The position numbers and the translations under genes are program-made. A stretch of 64,000 nucleotides of DNA from Bacillota bacterium (GTDB lineage Bacteria > Bacillota > Bacilli > ZCTH02-B2), in NCBI GenBank assembly GCA_017577895.2, contig PKQY02000005.1, positions 2,336 through 66,335 on the forward strand, written 5' to 3'. How positions within the stretch are numbered: position 1 is the first letter of the stretch; each line of letters begins with the position of its first letter. Under the pieces are notes generated by a model, which searched no databases, was not told the DNA's origin, and was given only the letters and a program-made list of their open reading frames with translations. Shown here in pieces: positions 1 through 12,222 of this stretch.

Positions 1-428
1 CTTCCATCCGTTCTCTCAACGCAGGCGTTTGCAGTTGAATCACATGAATCCGATAAAACAAATCTACCCGAAATGTACCTTCTTCCACCATTTTCTCCAA
101 CGGACGGTTCGTGGCGGCAATCACTCTCACATCCACCGGTATCGACCGGGTACTCCCCACCGGTTCGATCTCTTTTTCTTGCAACACCCGCAACAGTTTC
201 ACCTGCATCTTAAAGGGCAAGTCGCCAATTTCGTCCAAAAAGATAGTCCCGCCGTCGGCCACCTGCGCAGTACGGCTTATTCAAATAACGGATGACGCCA
301 TCCTTGTTCACGATGACAATGCCGACGTTGAGGCTGTCAACGGCTTCCTGCAATAAACGCCCCAATTCCTCGTCTGAGGTATTGCTTGGAAGAACGATTT
401 TTCGGTCTTGTTTGATGACCCCCGGCAT
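1..428 (-). pseudogene. Degraded sigma-54-dependent (enhancer-binding, AAA+) activator: short PAS-like N-terminus joined out of frame to the AAA+ domain from Walker B onward; the 3' part runs off the window
   Basis: SD GGAGGTGG + ATG at 428 opens [42 protein letters not shown]. From ~265 down to 1 a different frame reads [88 protein letters not shown] (Walker B GGTxFLDEIG, sigma-54 interaction domain). Walker A and most of the PAS domain are missing, and the two parts are 1 nt out of register. Confidence 0.6.
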
Positions 429-533
429 CGTCCACCTCCTATGCAAACAAAAACCTCGCCGTCGGTAATAGCATTCGTGCCATTCCTCCAGCGAGGTCCA
501 ACCAATGATATTGCAAAATTGTCTGCGATGTCG

Positions 534-833
534 TTAGGCCAGCACTTGGGCCAATTTTTCTTTCGGTTGTACACCGACGTACCGTTCTTTTTCGGTGCCG
601 TTTTCGAACAAGATGAGGGTCGGGATGCTCATCACCCCGTAGCGGCCCGCCAATTCCGGCTCATCGTCCACGTTCACTTTGGCGATGGTCACGCCTTGCA
701 CTTCTTTGGCCAGTTCTTCCAAAATCGGGGCTTGCATCCGGCAAGGTCCGCACCAAGGCGCCCAAAAATCGACCAGCACTTTCCCTTGGCGAATCGTTTC
801 GTCAAATGTCTGTGAAGTGAGTTCTTTTAACAT
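534..833 (-). CDS. trxA: Thioredoxin
   Basis: VLVDFWAPWCGPCRM active-site motif, ~99 aa. SD GGAGGAGG precedes the internal ATG at 833; the track ORF start at 857 is probably an upstream extension. Confidence 0.95.
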   Translation of the reverse strand: MLKELTSQTFDETIRQGKVLVDFWAPWCGPCRMQAPILEELAKEVQGVTIAKVNVDDEPELAGRYGVMSIPTLILFENGTEKERYVGVQPKEKLAQVLA

Positions 834-1009
834 ACTTGACCTCCTCCAACATAGCACGTGCTTTCGATTTCCGTTTTCCTTAATATGGACTTCTTACCGA
901 AATATACCCATTACGGTACTTTTTACATTTGCGTCATGTCATCGGTCGGCTACCTCCATCATATGCCATGCAGCGGCCGGGATCAAGCAAGAAGGTTTTT
1001 CCCCGCATT

Positions 1010-4113
<3,104 letters not shown>

Positions 4114-6369
4114 TCAAGAGTTCAACTTTTGCAAAGGGGCAAAACGGGCCATCAGCCGTTTCATGCCCACCGTGTCGCCGAAGACGACAACCAGCTCCGT
4201 ATCGTCGCCTTCCCCGTGCACCGAAACGATGAGCCCTTCCCCCCATTTTTGATGAACCACTTTTTCTCCGGCGCGCCATTCACCGGCATGCCCATCCGAC
4301 TGCACCCCTTTGGGCGCAACCCGCATCCCAAAGCGTCCGGCCGTCGGCGCCGCCGGACGGACGAAACGGGTTTCCTTCCGCTCATCGCTGCGGTCCAAGA
4401 CCAAATGGTCCGGAATTTCATCCAAGAAACGGGACGGCAAATGTTGCAACGTCTGCCCGTACACCATTCGGCGGCGGGCTGCCGTCAAATACAGGCGTTC
4501 TTCCGCCCGTGTAATCCCGACGTAAGCCAGCCGCCGTTCTTCTTCCAATTCTTCCTCGTCATCCAGCGCCCGCTTGTGGGGAAAAACGCCTTCTTCCATC
4601 CCGCAGAGAAACACGACCGGAAATTCCAACCCTTTGGCGCTGTGCAAGGTCATCAGCACGACGGCGTCTTCGGCCTCATCCGTCGGCTCGGTGTCCAAAT
4701 CGGTCAACAGCGCCAGATCGGTCAAAAAGTCCAACAGTGAGGTTGTTTCGCTGCGGTTTTCAAATTCCACCGCCACGTTCACGAATTCGTTAATGTTCTC
4801 CAGGCGCCCTTCGGCTTCCAGCGTGTTTTGCTGAACGAGGCTGTCCCGATACCCGCTGCGGGTTAACACCTCTTCGATCATCTCGGAGGCGCTCAAATAT
4901 TCGCTCATCCGCCCCAATTCCAGAATCAATCCCGCAAACTGTTTTGCCGCGCGGGCCGCCTTGCCGCCGAGACCGGCTTCTTCCGGCTGTTTCAACGCCT
5001 CGAACAGCGGAATTTGCCGGGCGTCGGCGTAGTTTTTCAGCTTCTCCAGACTCGTCTCCCCGATGCCCCGTTTCGGAACGTTGATGACCCGCTCCAAGCT
5101 CAACTCATCGTGGGGATTGATGACGAGGCGCAAATAGGCAATGACATCTTTAATTTCCATCCGTTCATAAAACCGCATGCCCCCGACCATCCGGTACGGG
5201 ATGTTGGCCTTCATCAACGTCTCTTCCAACACCCGGGATTGGGCGTTGGTCCGGTACAAGACAGCCACATCGGCATAACGGCGTCCTTCCCGCACCAGCC
5301 GCCGAATTTCATCGACGATGAAAAACGCTTCTTCATGCTCGTCTTCGGCGATGAACCGATGAATGGGATCCCCTTCCCCGTTGGCCGTCCACAGCCGTTT
5401 GTCATAGCGCTGCCGGTTGTGGACGATGACGTGGTTGGCGGCATCCAAAATGCGCTGGGTGGAGCGGTAATTTTGCTCCAGCTTGATGACTGTCGCCTGA
5501 GGATAGTCTTCCTGAAAACGCAAAATGTTTCCCATATCGGCGCCCCGCCAGCGGTAAATGGACTGGTCGGCGTCGCCGACGACGCACAAGTTTTGATGCC
5601 GCTCGGCCAACTGGCGCACCAACAAATATTGAGCCCGGTTCGTGTCCTGGTACTCGTCGATGTGGATGTACTGAAACCGGCGCTGATACGCTTCCAACAC
5701 GTCGGGATGTTCCTGAAACAGGCGCACCGTCTGAAAGATCAAATCGTCGAAATCCATGGCCTGGTTGGCCACCAACCGCTGTTGGTACAACCGGTACACT
5801 TTGGCAATGGTCTGTTGCAAGAAGTTTTCCGCTTGCGCCTCATACTGTTGGGGCGACAGCAACGCATTTTTCGCGTTGCTGATGGCCGACAAGACGGTGC
5901 GGGGATCAAAGCGGTTCGGATCGAGATTCAGATCCCGGAGTGCCTGCTTCACCACCGCCATCTGATCCGGCGCATCGAGGATGGTAAACGACGTGTCATA
6001 CCCGATGCGCGGGCTTTCCCGGCGCAAAATGCGCACACAGAGGCGGTGAAACGTCCCGATCCACATGTCGTCCGAAACGGCCCCCACCAACTGCCCGATC
6101 CGCTCCTGCATTTCCCGGGCCGCCTTGTTGGTGAAGGTGACGGCCAAAATGTTCCAGGGCGGGACGTGTTTCACTTGGATTAAATACGCTACCCGGTACG
6201 TCAGTACCCGGGTCTTGCCGCTGCCGGCACCGGCCAGCACCAAAAGCGGCCCTTCCGTGGTCATCACCGCCTGCCGCTGCGCCTCGTTCAGTCCCGCCAG
6301 CAAACGATTCGTATCCTCTAACATGGTTCGCTCCGACGTCGTGTTTTCCGGCGTCGTCGATTGCCGCAT
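4114..6369 (-). CDS. pcrA: ATP-dependent DNA helicase PcrA (UvrD/Rep superfamily 1)
   Basis: 751 aa with Walker A AGAGSGKTRVLT, the DEYQDTN motif and the pcrB-pcrA-ligA order. SD GGAAAGGAAG lies upstream of the ATG at 6369. Confidence 0.97.
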   Translation of the reverse strand: MRQSTTPENTTSERTMLEDTNRLLAGLNEAQRQAVMTTEGPLLVLAGAGSGKTRVLTYRVAYLIQVKHVPPWNILAVTFTNKAAREMQERIGQLVGAVSDDMWIGTFHRLCVRILRRESPRIGYDTSFTILDAPDQMAVVKQALRDLNLDPNRFDPRTVLSAISNAKNALLSPQQYEAQAENFLQQTIAKVYRLYQQRLVANQAMDFDDLIFQTVRLFQEHPDVLEAYQRRFQYIHIDEYQDTNRAQYLLVRQLAERHQNLCVVGDADQSIYRWRGADMGNILRFQEDYPQATVIKLEQNYRSTQRILDAANHVIVHNRQRYDKRLWTANGEGDPIHRFIAEDEHEEAFFIVDEIRRLVREGRRYADVAVLYRTNAQSRVLEETLMKANIPYRMVGGMRFYERMEIKDVIAYLRLVINPHDELSLERVINVPKRGIGETSLEKLKNYADARQIPLFEALKQPEEAGLGGKAARAAKQFAGLILELGRMSEYLSASEMIEEVLTRSGYRDSLVQQNTLEAEGRLENINEFVNVAVEFENRSETTSLLDFLTDLALLTDLDTEPTDEAEDAVVLMTLHSAKGLEFPVVFLCGMEEGVFPHKRALDDEEELEEERRLAYVGITRAEERLYLTAARRRMVYGQTLQHLPSRFLDEIPDHLVLDRSDERKETRFVRPAAPTAGRFGMRVAPKGVQSDGHAGEWRAGEKVVHQKWGEGLIVSVHGEGDDTELVVVFGDTVGMKRLMARFAPLQKLNS

Positions 6370-6495
6370 ACGCGTTCTTCCTTTCCGCCAACAGCGCTTT
6401 CCGCATCCAATGCTCCATCATCTGATGATTTATAACGGATTATACTGTCCAGTGTACTGTTCGGTGGCCAAGCGCGGTTCCGTTCAGCGCATCGT

Positions 6496-7209
6496 TCAAC
6501 CATCGGCCCGAACCGGCGGCACCGTCGCCAGCGCCGCCGACAAATCTTCGTATATGATATTGCCCACCACGATGGTGTCGGCCCATTGCGCCATACGCGC
6601 CGCCGTTTCTCCATCCCGGATGCCGCCGCCGTAAAAGAGCCGACTGTGGCGCAAACCGGAACGGGCCGCTTTCAACCATTCCGGATCGCCCAGTTTGCCG
6701 CTGAATTCCACATAAAAGACCGGCAGCCGAAACATCTGCTCCACCACCACGGCGTACGCCTTCACATCCTCCGGCGAAAGGTTCGCGTCGCTGGCCGTCA
6801 GGCGGCCTACCGCCGACTCGGCGTGGCCGATGAGGTACCCTTCCACCACCACTTGTTCCCACGGGATGAGTTGGCCGTACTTTTTCACGCCTTCCAGCTG
6901 CGCGTCAATGATCCAGCGGCGATGACCGGCGTTGAGCACCACTGGCAACAAATACAAATCAAAGCCCGGCACCACCGCATCGGCGTTGGAGATTTCCAAC
7001 GCGCAAGGCACCTCGTATCGGCGGATGCGGGCCAACAGTTCCACCGTATTGTCATAGGTCACGTTTTGCGTTCCGCCGACGATCACGGCATCGGTGCCCG
7101 ACGTGCAGATGGCATCCAATGCCTCATCGGACAAAAAACGGTCCGGATCGAGTTTGAATACGTGCCGCCAGCTGGCGATCATTTCCTTCAATGTCTTCTG
7201 ACACCCCAC
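6496..7209 (-). CDS. pcrB: Heptaprenylglyceryl phosphate synthase (PcrB/GGGP synthase family)
   Basis: WRHVFKLDPDR N-terminal signature, a TIM-barrel GGGI..(E) C-terminal motif, and position upstream of pcrA. The exact start is uncertain (7209 GTG or 7182 ATG). Confidence 0.9.
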   Translation of the reverse strand: MGCQKTLKEMIASWRHVFKLDPDRFLSDEALDAICTSGTDAVIVGGTQNVTYDNTVELLARIRRYEVPCALEISNADAVVPGFDLYLLPVVLNAGHRRWIIDAQLEGVKKYGQLIPWEQVVVEGYLIGHAESAVGRLTASDANLSPEDVKAYAVVVEQMFRLPVFYVEFSGKLGDPEWLKAARSGLRHSRLFYGGGIRDGETAARMAQWADTIVVGNIIYEDLSAALATVPPVRADG

Positions 7210-7226
7210 AACGCCCTTGCACAGCC

Positions 7227-7517
7227 TTATTTTCCGATGCGTTCCAACACGAGTTTGTAACCGTCGTTACCGTAGTTGAGACACCGCTTGACCCGTGAAA
7301 TAGTCGCGGTGCTGGCCCCCGTTTCCTGCTCAATTTGTTGATACGTCCGTCCCTGCCGCAACATCCGGGCGACTTCCAGCCGCTGGGCCAACGACCGCAA
7401 TTCGTTGACCGTGCACAGGTCATCAAAGAAGATATAGCATTCTTCCAGATTCCTCAATGTCAAAATCGACTCGAACAACTGATCGATCAACGGATCTTTC
7501 AACTTGTCCATTGGCAT
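7227..7517 (-). CDS. yerC: TrpR-like YerC/YecD family DNA-binding protein
   Basis: LCTVNELRSLAQRLEVARML..GRTYQQIEQETGASTATISRVKRCLNYG is typical YerC/YecD. SD GAGGAGGG lies 7 nt before the ATG at 7517. Confidence 0.85.
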   Translation of the reverse strand: MPMDKLKDPLIDQLFESILTLRNLEECYIFFDDLCTVNELRSLAQRLEVARMLRQGRTYQQIEQETGASTATISRVKRCLNYGNDGYKLVLERIGK

Positions 7518-7566
7518 GCGGCATCCCTCCTCGACGGAGTGATTGAATGCTTTCTCCATTATAGCA

Positions 7567-8652
7567 TCACTGGGAGTCGTTTTCGCCGCTGTCGGACACC
7601 GTCACCGCTTCCGCCAAGCCCGGCTTGTCGGGAATGACATTCACCCACGTGTTGCCCGGCACGAGCCGGACCGGTAGTCCCAACGGATCATAAAATTGGA
7701 AAAATGCGCCGTCCTTCCGCTGCCAACGGATGGGGGTCATCACCCCGTTTTGAAACAACAACCCGTCGCCTTCACCGCTCAGATTCACTTCCCGCCGCCC
7801 GGCATTGTCCACAATCCGGTGGGAGGCTTCCAACACGATGACGTTGGTGACACGAAGCGGTTCATCCGTCTCCAAATCCACGTGCGGCTGACCGTTGACG
7901 GATCGCACGTATTGCCCAATGGCCGCATCATAAGTATACGCCACCCGATACGAAGGTTGGTAACGGATTTCGAACTCATTGGCCGTCGTTCCGACGGGTG
8001 TTTCGCCTTCCCCGTAAAACGAAAATACAGGCAAATCGGCCGCTTTCTCACGCCAACCCCGATCGGCGATAGCCGTCCGCAGGTGACTCATGTCGGTATA
8101 CAAATTGTGAGGCATCTTCCGGAACGACTCCCGCCAAAAATATTTGCCCGCACCGTAAATCTCATCCAGATGTTCGTATCCGGTCCGCTTCAGCCGCGCC
8201 AACGCTTCCGGCGATCCGCCGGCGTGCACCAACACCGCATCCATACCTTCCGCCAAGTCGATATAGTACGGGCGGACACTGCGGACCGGGCCGAGCCGCT
8301 GGGGTTCCTGACTTTGATAAAAGGCCACAAAGCGGGTGATCCAACCTTCGGCCAGCACTTCCACGACCCAGTCGGCCTTATCCAGTCCCGACTGCGGCCG
8401 GGCTTTGCTGCTGTTTTCGATCATGACGGCCACCACCCGCTCATCCACCGGCTCGTCCGAGGGCATGCCGGTCAACGGCGCCGTATATTGGGACGCCGGC
8501 GGCTCTTCCACCTCCGGCGGCGTCGGCTCCGGTTGCTGTTCGGTGTCGGGCAAATTGGCCCCGCAGCCGGCCAACAGGACGGCCACCAACACGAGCGGCC
8601 ACCACCGTCCCCGGGGGCCAAATATACGCCACGGCTTTCTCCTCATTCCCAT
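7567..8652 (-). CDS. yerB: DUF3048-family lipoprotein, YerB-like
   Basis: Signal/lipobox LLAGCG followed by a Pro/Glu-rich linker; position between yerA-like and yerC as in B. subtilis. Confidence 0.75.
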   Translation of the reverse strand: MGMRRKPWRIFGPRGRWWPLVLVAVLLAGCGANLPDTEQQPEPTPPEVEEPPASQYTAPLTGMPSDEPVDERVVAVMIENSSKARPQSGLDKADWVVEVLAEGWITRFVAFYQSQEPQRLGPVRSVRPYYIDLAEGMDAVLVHAGGSPEALARLKRTGYEHLDEIYGAGKYFWRESFRKMPHNLYTDMSHLRTAIADRGWREKAADLPVFSFYGEGETPVGTTANEFEIRYQPSYRVAYTYDAAIGQYVRSVNGQPHVDLETDEPLRVTNVIVLEASHRIVDNAGRREVNLSGEGDGLLFQNGVMTPIRWQRKDGAFFQFYDPLGLPVRLVPGNTWVNVIPDKPGLAEAVTVSDSGENDSQ

Positions 8653-8666
8653 GTTCCTCGACTCCT

Positions 8667-10496
8667 TTACCGTTTTACCTTGTCGGGTTGCAACTCCCGA
8701 GCCGGATGCAACACACGGCGGTCCTTGACGGAATAAATCCCTTGGGACGTGAGACGAATATAGGGAAGATGGGTCGCCGGCAAAAACATCAACGTGTAAA
8801 TCGGCTCGAGATGGGGATATCCCGCCGCGCGCAAACGCCGATCTAGTCGGATGGCTTGTTCGGCGATGGCGGCATACGGTTTATCGCTCATGGACTGGAA
8901 AATCGGGAGCTGAATTTCCAACGCATCCCCTTGTCCGTCCAGTAACACCGCGCCACCGCCCAAATGAATCAGCCGCCGGGCCGCCTCGGCCATGGCCGAC
9001 GGCTCACGGCCCAGCACCAACAAGTCGCCGCTGACGCCGAAGGAAACGGCCAAAGCGTCTAATCGGCGGGCAAATCCCCTCAGCAGCCCGTTGGTGATCC
9101 AGTGGCCGTTCCGATCCAGCAGGCTGGCCATCAACAAGCCCTCTTGACCGGTCCAATCCAACTGGCCTTCCCGCACTACAAACGTCTCCAGCTGTCCCAC
9201 GGTAATAACCGCATCCCGCAATTGGATGACCGGGAAAACGGCTTCCGTGTCCGCTCCGTCGGCGGTCTCCGAAGGCGGCACCGGCAGTGTAAACAGTTCC
9301 GGCACCAGCCACTCATCGGACATCGGTGCCTTGTCCCCAACGGCTTCTTCCGCCGCCAAGCGGATGACTTCCGGCAAGGGCATGGTCACTTGCAGCTGTT
9401 CTGCTTGATACACCATTTTCCCCTCGGCCATCACTTGGACCGGTCGCGGCTGGCGCTCGTCCCGCAAAAACAAAATGTCAGCCAGGCGCCCCGGCGCGAT
9501 GCCGCCCAACTCCCCGTCCAATCCGTAATACGTGGCGGGATTCAAGGTCGCCAATCGGTAAGCCACCAGCGGCTCCAGGCCGGCTTCCATCGCCGTCTGC
9601 AACAAGTAATCGGTCAATCCTTTTTCCATCAAGGCCGGCGTCGGTCCGTCGGTGGTCAACATCAAGCGGTTGCTCCAGAACATGTTTTCTGCGGTCAGCT
9701 GCCGAATGATGTCCGGCAAATCGGGCCGGATGGGGCTGAGCCGCAGCGTCGCATACATACCCAACCGCAGCCGCATCAACACGTCTTCGCCGGTCATGCT
9801 TTCGTGACAGGCTCCTACACCCGCCGCTGCGGCCGTATTCAGCGTCTTCCAAGAGGCGCCGGGAAAATGGCCTTCCACCCGTTTACCGACATGCAAGGAA
9901 GACAGCACATTTTGCACCATTTGTTCGTCGCCGCCAAACAGCCGGGGCCAATCGGTCAACTCGCCCACTTGCAGTACAAAAGGATGGGCCAGCAACTGCC
10001 GGATAGCCTCCGTCGAAAACTTGCCGACGATACTCGCATCGGCCGTCTGACCATCCAAACGCGCACTCCAAAACATTTTTACCGGATAGGAGGCAAAACG
10101 GTCTAAAGCTTCTAAAAACCGGTCCGGCTCCAGGCTTAAAAATAAAGCCAAATTGTCATGAACGATGGCCGTCGTCCCGTGATACAACGCTTTTTCGGCA
10201 AACGTGGCCGGGTTGAAAAAGAGCGTCGAATGGGCATGGGGTTCAAAATAACCGGGACTGAGCACATATCCCCGGCCGTCGATGACGTCCGTCTCATCCC
10301 CCAGCGGCGGCAAGTCGTTTCCCACATAGGCAATCCGTTTGCCGCTGATGGCCACATGGGCTTCCATCAGCTCTTGGGTATACACATTGATGATGGTCGC
10401 ATGTTGAATGACCACATCGCCGGGCTCCTCCCGCTTGGCCACGGCCATCAGCCGCCGCATCTCATCGGCGCTCATCGGTCGCACTTGTCGTCGCAA
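8667..10496 (-). CDS. yerA: Adenine deaminase-like amidohydrolase (YerA/AdeC family)
   Basis: About 610 aa with amidohydrolase motifs (FEPHAHS.., EGHFPG, CHES). Likely TTG start at 10496, 5 nt after GGAGAGGAGGAG; the track ORF extends to 10520. Confidence 0.8.
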   Translation of the reverse strand: MRRQVRPMSADEMRRLMAVAKREEPGDVVIQHATIINVYTQELMEAHVAISGKRIAYVGNDLPPLGDETDVIDGRGYVLSPGYFEPHAHSTLFFNPATFAEKALYHGTTAIVHDNLALFLSLEPDRFLEALDRFASYPVKMFWSARLDGQTADASIVGKFSTEAIRQLLAHPFVLQVGELTDWPRLFGGDEQMVQNVLSSLHVGKRVEGHFPGASWKTLNTAAAAGVGACHESMTGEDVLMRLRLGMYATLRLSPIRPDLPDIIRQLTAENMFWSNRLMLTTDGPTPALMEKGLTDYLLQTAMEAGLEPLVAYRLATLNPATYYGLDGELGGIAPGRLADILFLRDERQPRPVQVMAEGKMVYQAEQLQVTMPLPEVIRLAAEEAVGDKAPMSDEWLVPELFTLPVPPSETADGADTEAVFPVIQLRDAVITVGQLETFVVREGQLDWTGQEGLLMASLLDRNGHWITNGLLRGFARRLDALAVSFGVSGDLLVLGREPSAMAEAARRLIHLGGGAVLLDGQGDALEIQLPIFQSMSDKPYAAIAEQAIRLDRRLRAAGYPHLEPIYTLMFLPATHLPYIRLTSQGIYSVKDRRVLHPARELQPDKVKR

Positions 10497-10715
10497 ACGT
10501 GCTCCTCCTCTCCATGGCACGGCTTGGTCATCGTTGCCATCATCTTAACACACCCGTTCCGCTCACGCATAGACAATCTTCAGCTGTCCCAGGAGCAGTC
10601 CCGGATGAGCAGGTGTGATGGGAAAGCAGGAACCGGGACATACTAAATCCAGTCCACTCCATCCAGTCCGTACCGCTCATTGAGCGCCAGCTTCAAATTG
10701 TGGAGGTGAACGGCT

Positions 10716-11177
10716 ATGAAAAAGAACGTCGGCACCTGGGACGCCCTGATGCGCATCACCGTTGGCCTGGTCGGCGTATCGTGGGCCATCAGCCGCATGG
10801 CCCGTTGGCCGTACCGCACGAGCTTTTGGACCCGTTCCGTCCTTTGGCTGAGCGCCATGAAAGTCGCAGAAGGCATCACCCGCTTTTGTCCCATGCTTTT
10901 TGCCTTGGGACTCAATTCCGAAGGTCTGACCGTCCGCTGGAAAACATCCGCGGCCAACAACGCCGCCCGGAACGCCATCGAACCGTCGTCCGAACAACGC
11001 CAAAACACCTTGTCTTCGCAAAACACTTTGTCTTCGGAAACCGACCCCTCCCCTTCTTCCCCAGTTCAGCAACAAAAAAACGACGCATCGTCGAAAGCCG
11101 CCGAAGGACCGACGCCTCCACCGCCGCACCGCCCTCGTCCCGAACCGATTCGCGCCCGGCAAATCCGCCAACCCTAA
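10716..11177 (+). CDS. DUF2892 (YgaP-like membrane domain) protein with a Ser/Pro/Gln-rich low-complexity tail
   Basis: SD GGAGGTGAA + ATG. N-terminus MKKNVGTWDALMRITVGLVG...RFCPMLFALGL fits the DUF2892 pattern. The tail carries an imperfect 18-bp tandem repeat encoding QNTLSS-QNTLSS. Confidence 0.55.
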   Translation: MKKNVGTWDALMRITVGLVGVSWAISRMARWPYRTSFWTRSVLWLSAMKVAEGITRFCPMLFALGLNSEGLTVRWKTSAANNAARNAIEPSSEQRQNTLSSQNTLSSETDPSPSSPVQQQKNDASSKAAEGPTPPPPHRPRPEPIRARQIRQP

Positions 11178-11186
11178 ATGAACAAG

Positions 11187-11220
11187 AAAACCCCTGGCCG
11201 CCATGGCCCGGGGTTGTTTG
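11187..11220. terminator. Bidirectional intrinsic terminator between convergent genes
   Basis: AAAA-CCCCTGGCC-gccat-GGCCCGGGG-TTGTTTG hairpin with one mismatch, flanked by A and T runs. Confidence 0.55.
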
Positions 11221-11221
11221 T

Positions 11222-11998
11222 TCAGCGCAATTGGTACGTGACACTGACCTGCACTTCGTATTCCATTTGGCCAACGGAAACAGCCGGCGTGGCATCGCTG
11301 ACGGCATGTTCCGCCATGCGAAGGCTGGCATCCTGAACGATGACCGGCGGTTGTCCCATCTGTTCATCCACCGCCAACACGCGGCCCAATTGGCCGCCCG
11401 CCTGCTCCGCCAACGTCCGGGCTTTGGCACCCGCTTGTTTGAACGCGGCTTGCAAGGCCTGTTGCGCCACTTGCAGCTCTTTTTCTTTGCTCAACCGGAA
11501 CATCACGCCATGCACTTGATTGGCTCCGGCTTTGACCGCTGCATCCAAGACGGCACCCACCCGGTCGACTTGTTGGACCGTCACCTTCAGCTGGTGAGTC
11601 ACCACATAGCCCCTCGGCTTCGCCTGACCTTCTCGGGAATCATCGTATTCCTCTTGCACGTGAAATCCTTGCGTCTGCATGTCGGCATCGGCAATCCCTT
11701 GTTTTTTCAACGCCGCCATGACGGACTGCATTTTCGGCCCGTTGTCTTTGACAGCTTGTTCCGCCGTGGCGGCCCGGGTCTGCACGCCCACCGTCACGAC
11801 TGCCTCGTCGGGAACCGCCGTCACCGTACCCGTACCGACCACCCGGACATAGGGCTGATTCAGGGTCTCTGCCGCCGCCTGCACGTTGTTTTGTGTCCCT
11901 TGCACAAACCCAACGATCGAAGCGGCGACCAACAGCAGTGCCAAGAAACCGCCGATCAGGATGCTTCGCCGTGGCACCCACTTTTTCATCCTTCTCAT
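11222..11998 (-). CDS. SIMPL/DUF541 (YggE-like) periplasmic/secreted protein
   Basis: N-terminal TM/signal segment, then VVGTGTVTAVPDEAVVTVGVQTRAATAEQAV..., typical of the SIMPL domain. Confidence 0.8.
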   Translation of the reverse strand: MRRMKKWVPRRSILIGGFLALLLVAASIVGFVQGTQNNVQAAAETLNQPYVRVVGTGTVTAVPDEAVVTVGVQTRAATAEQAVKDNGPKMQSVMAALKKQGIADADMQTQGFHVQEEYDDSREGQAKPRGYVVTHQLKVTVQQVDRVGAVLDAAVKAGANQVHGVMFRLSKEKELQVAQQALQAAFKQAGAKARTLAEQAGGQLGRVLAVDEQMGQPPVIVQDASLRMAEHAVSDATPAVSVGQMEYEVQVSVTYQLR

Positions 11999-12168
11999 CC
12001 CCTTCCTTCTTCATCCGAAGTTGTGGCAAATGTTGGTGATGTTGGTCTATTTTGTTCATGTAGACGAAACCAAGGAAAAAAAGGTTTCACTGTTTTCCCA
12101 TACATCCATTGCACGATGGGGTTGATGGCGAAAATGACTTTTTTTCAGAATAAAACGAAACGGTATGA

Positions 12169-12219
12169 TAAAAAACCCCCCGGCAACACTTCCACAACGG
12201 AAATGGTGCCAGGGGTTTT
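12169..12219 (-). terminator. Intrinsic terminator after the trpB2-like gene
   Basis: On the minus strand CCCCTGGCA...TGCCGGGGGG is followed by TTTTTTAT. The loop is large. Confidence 0.55.
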
Positions 12220-12222
12220 GTC

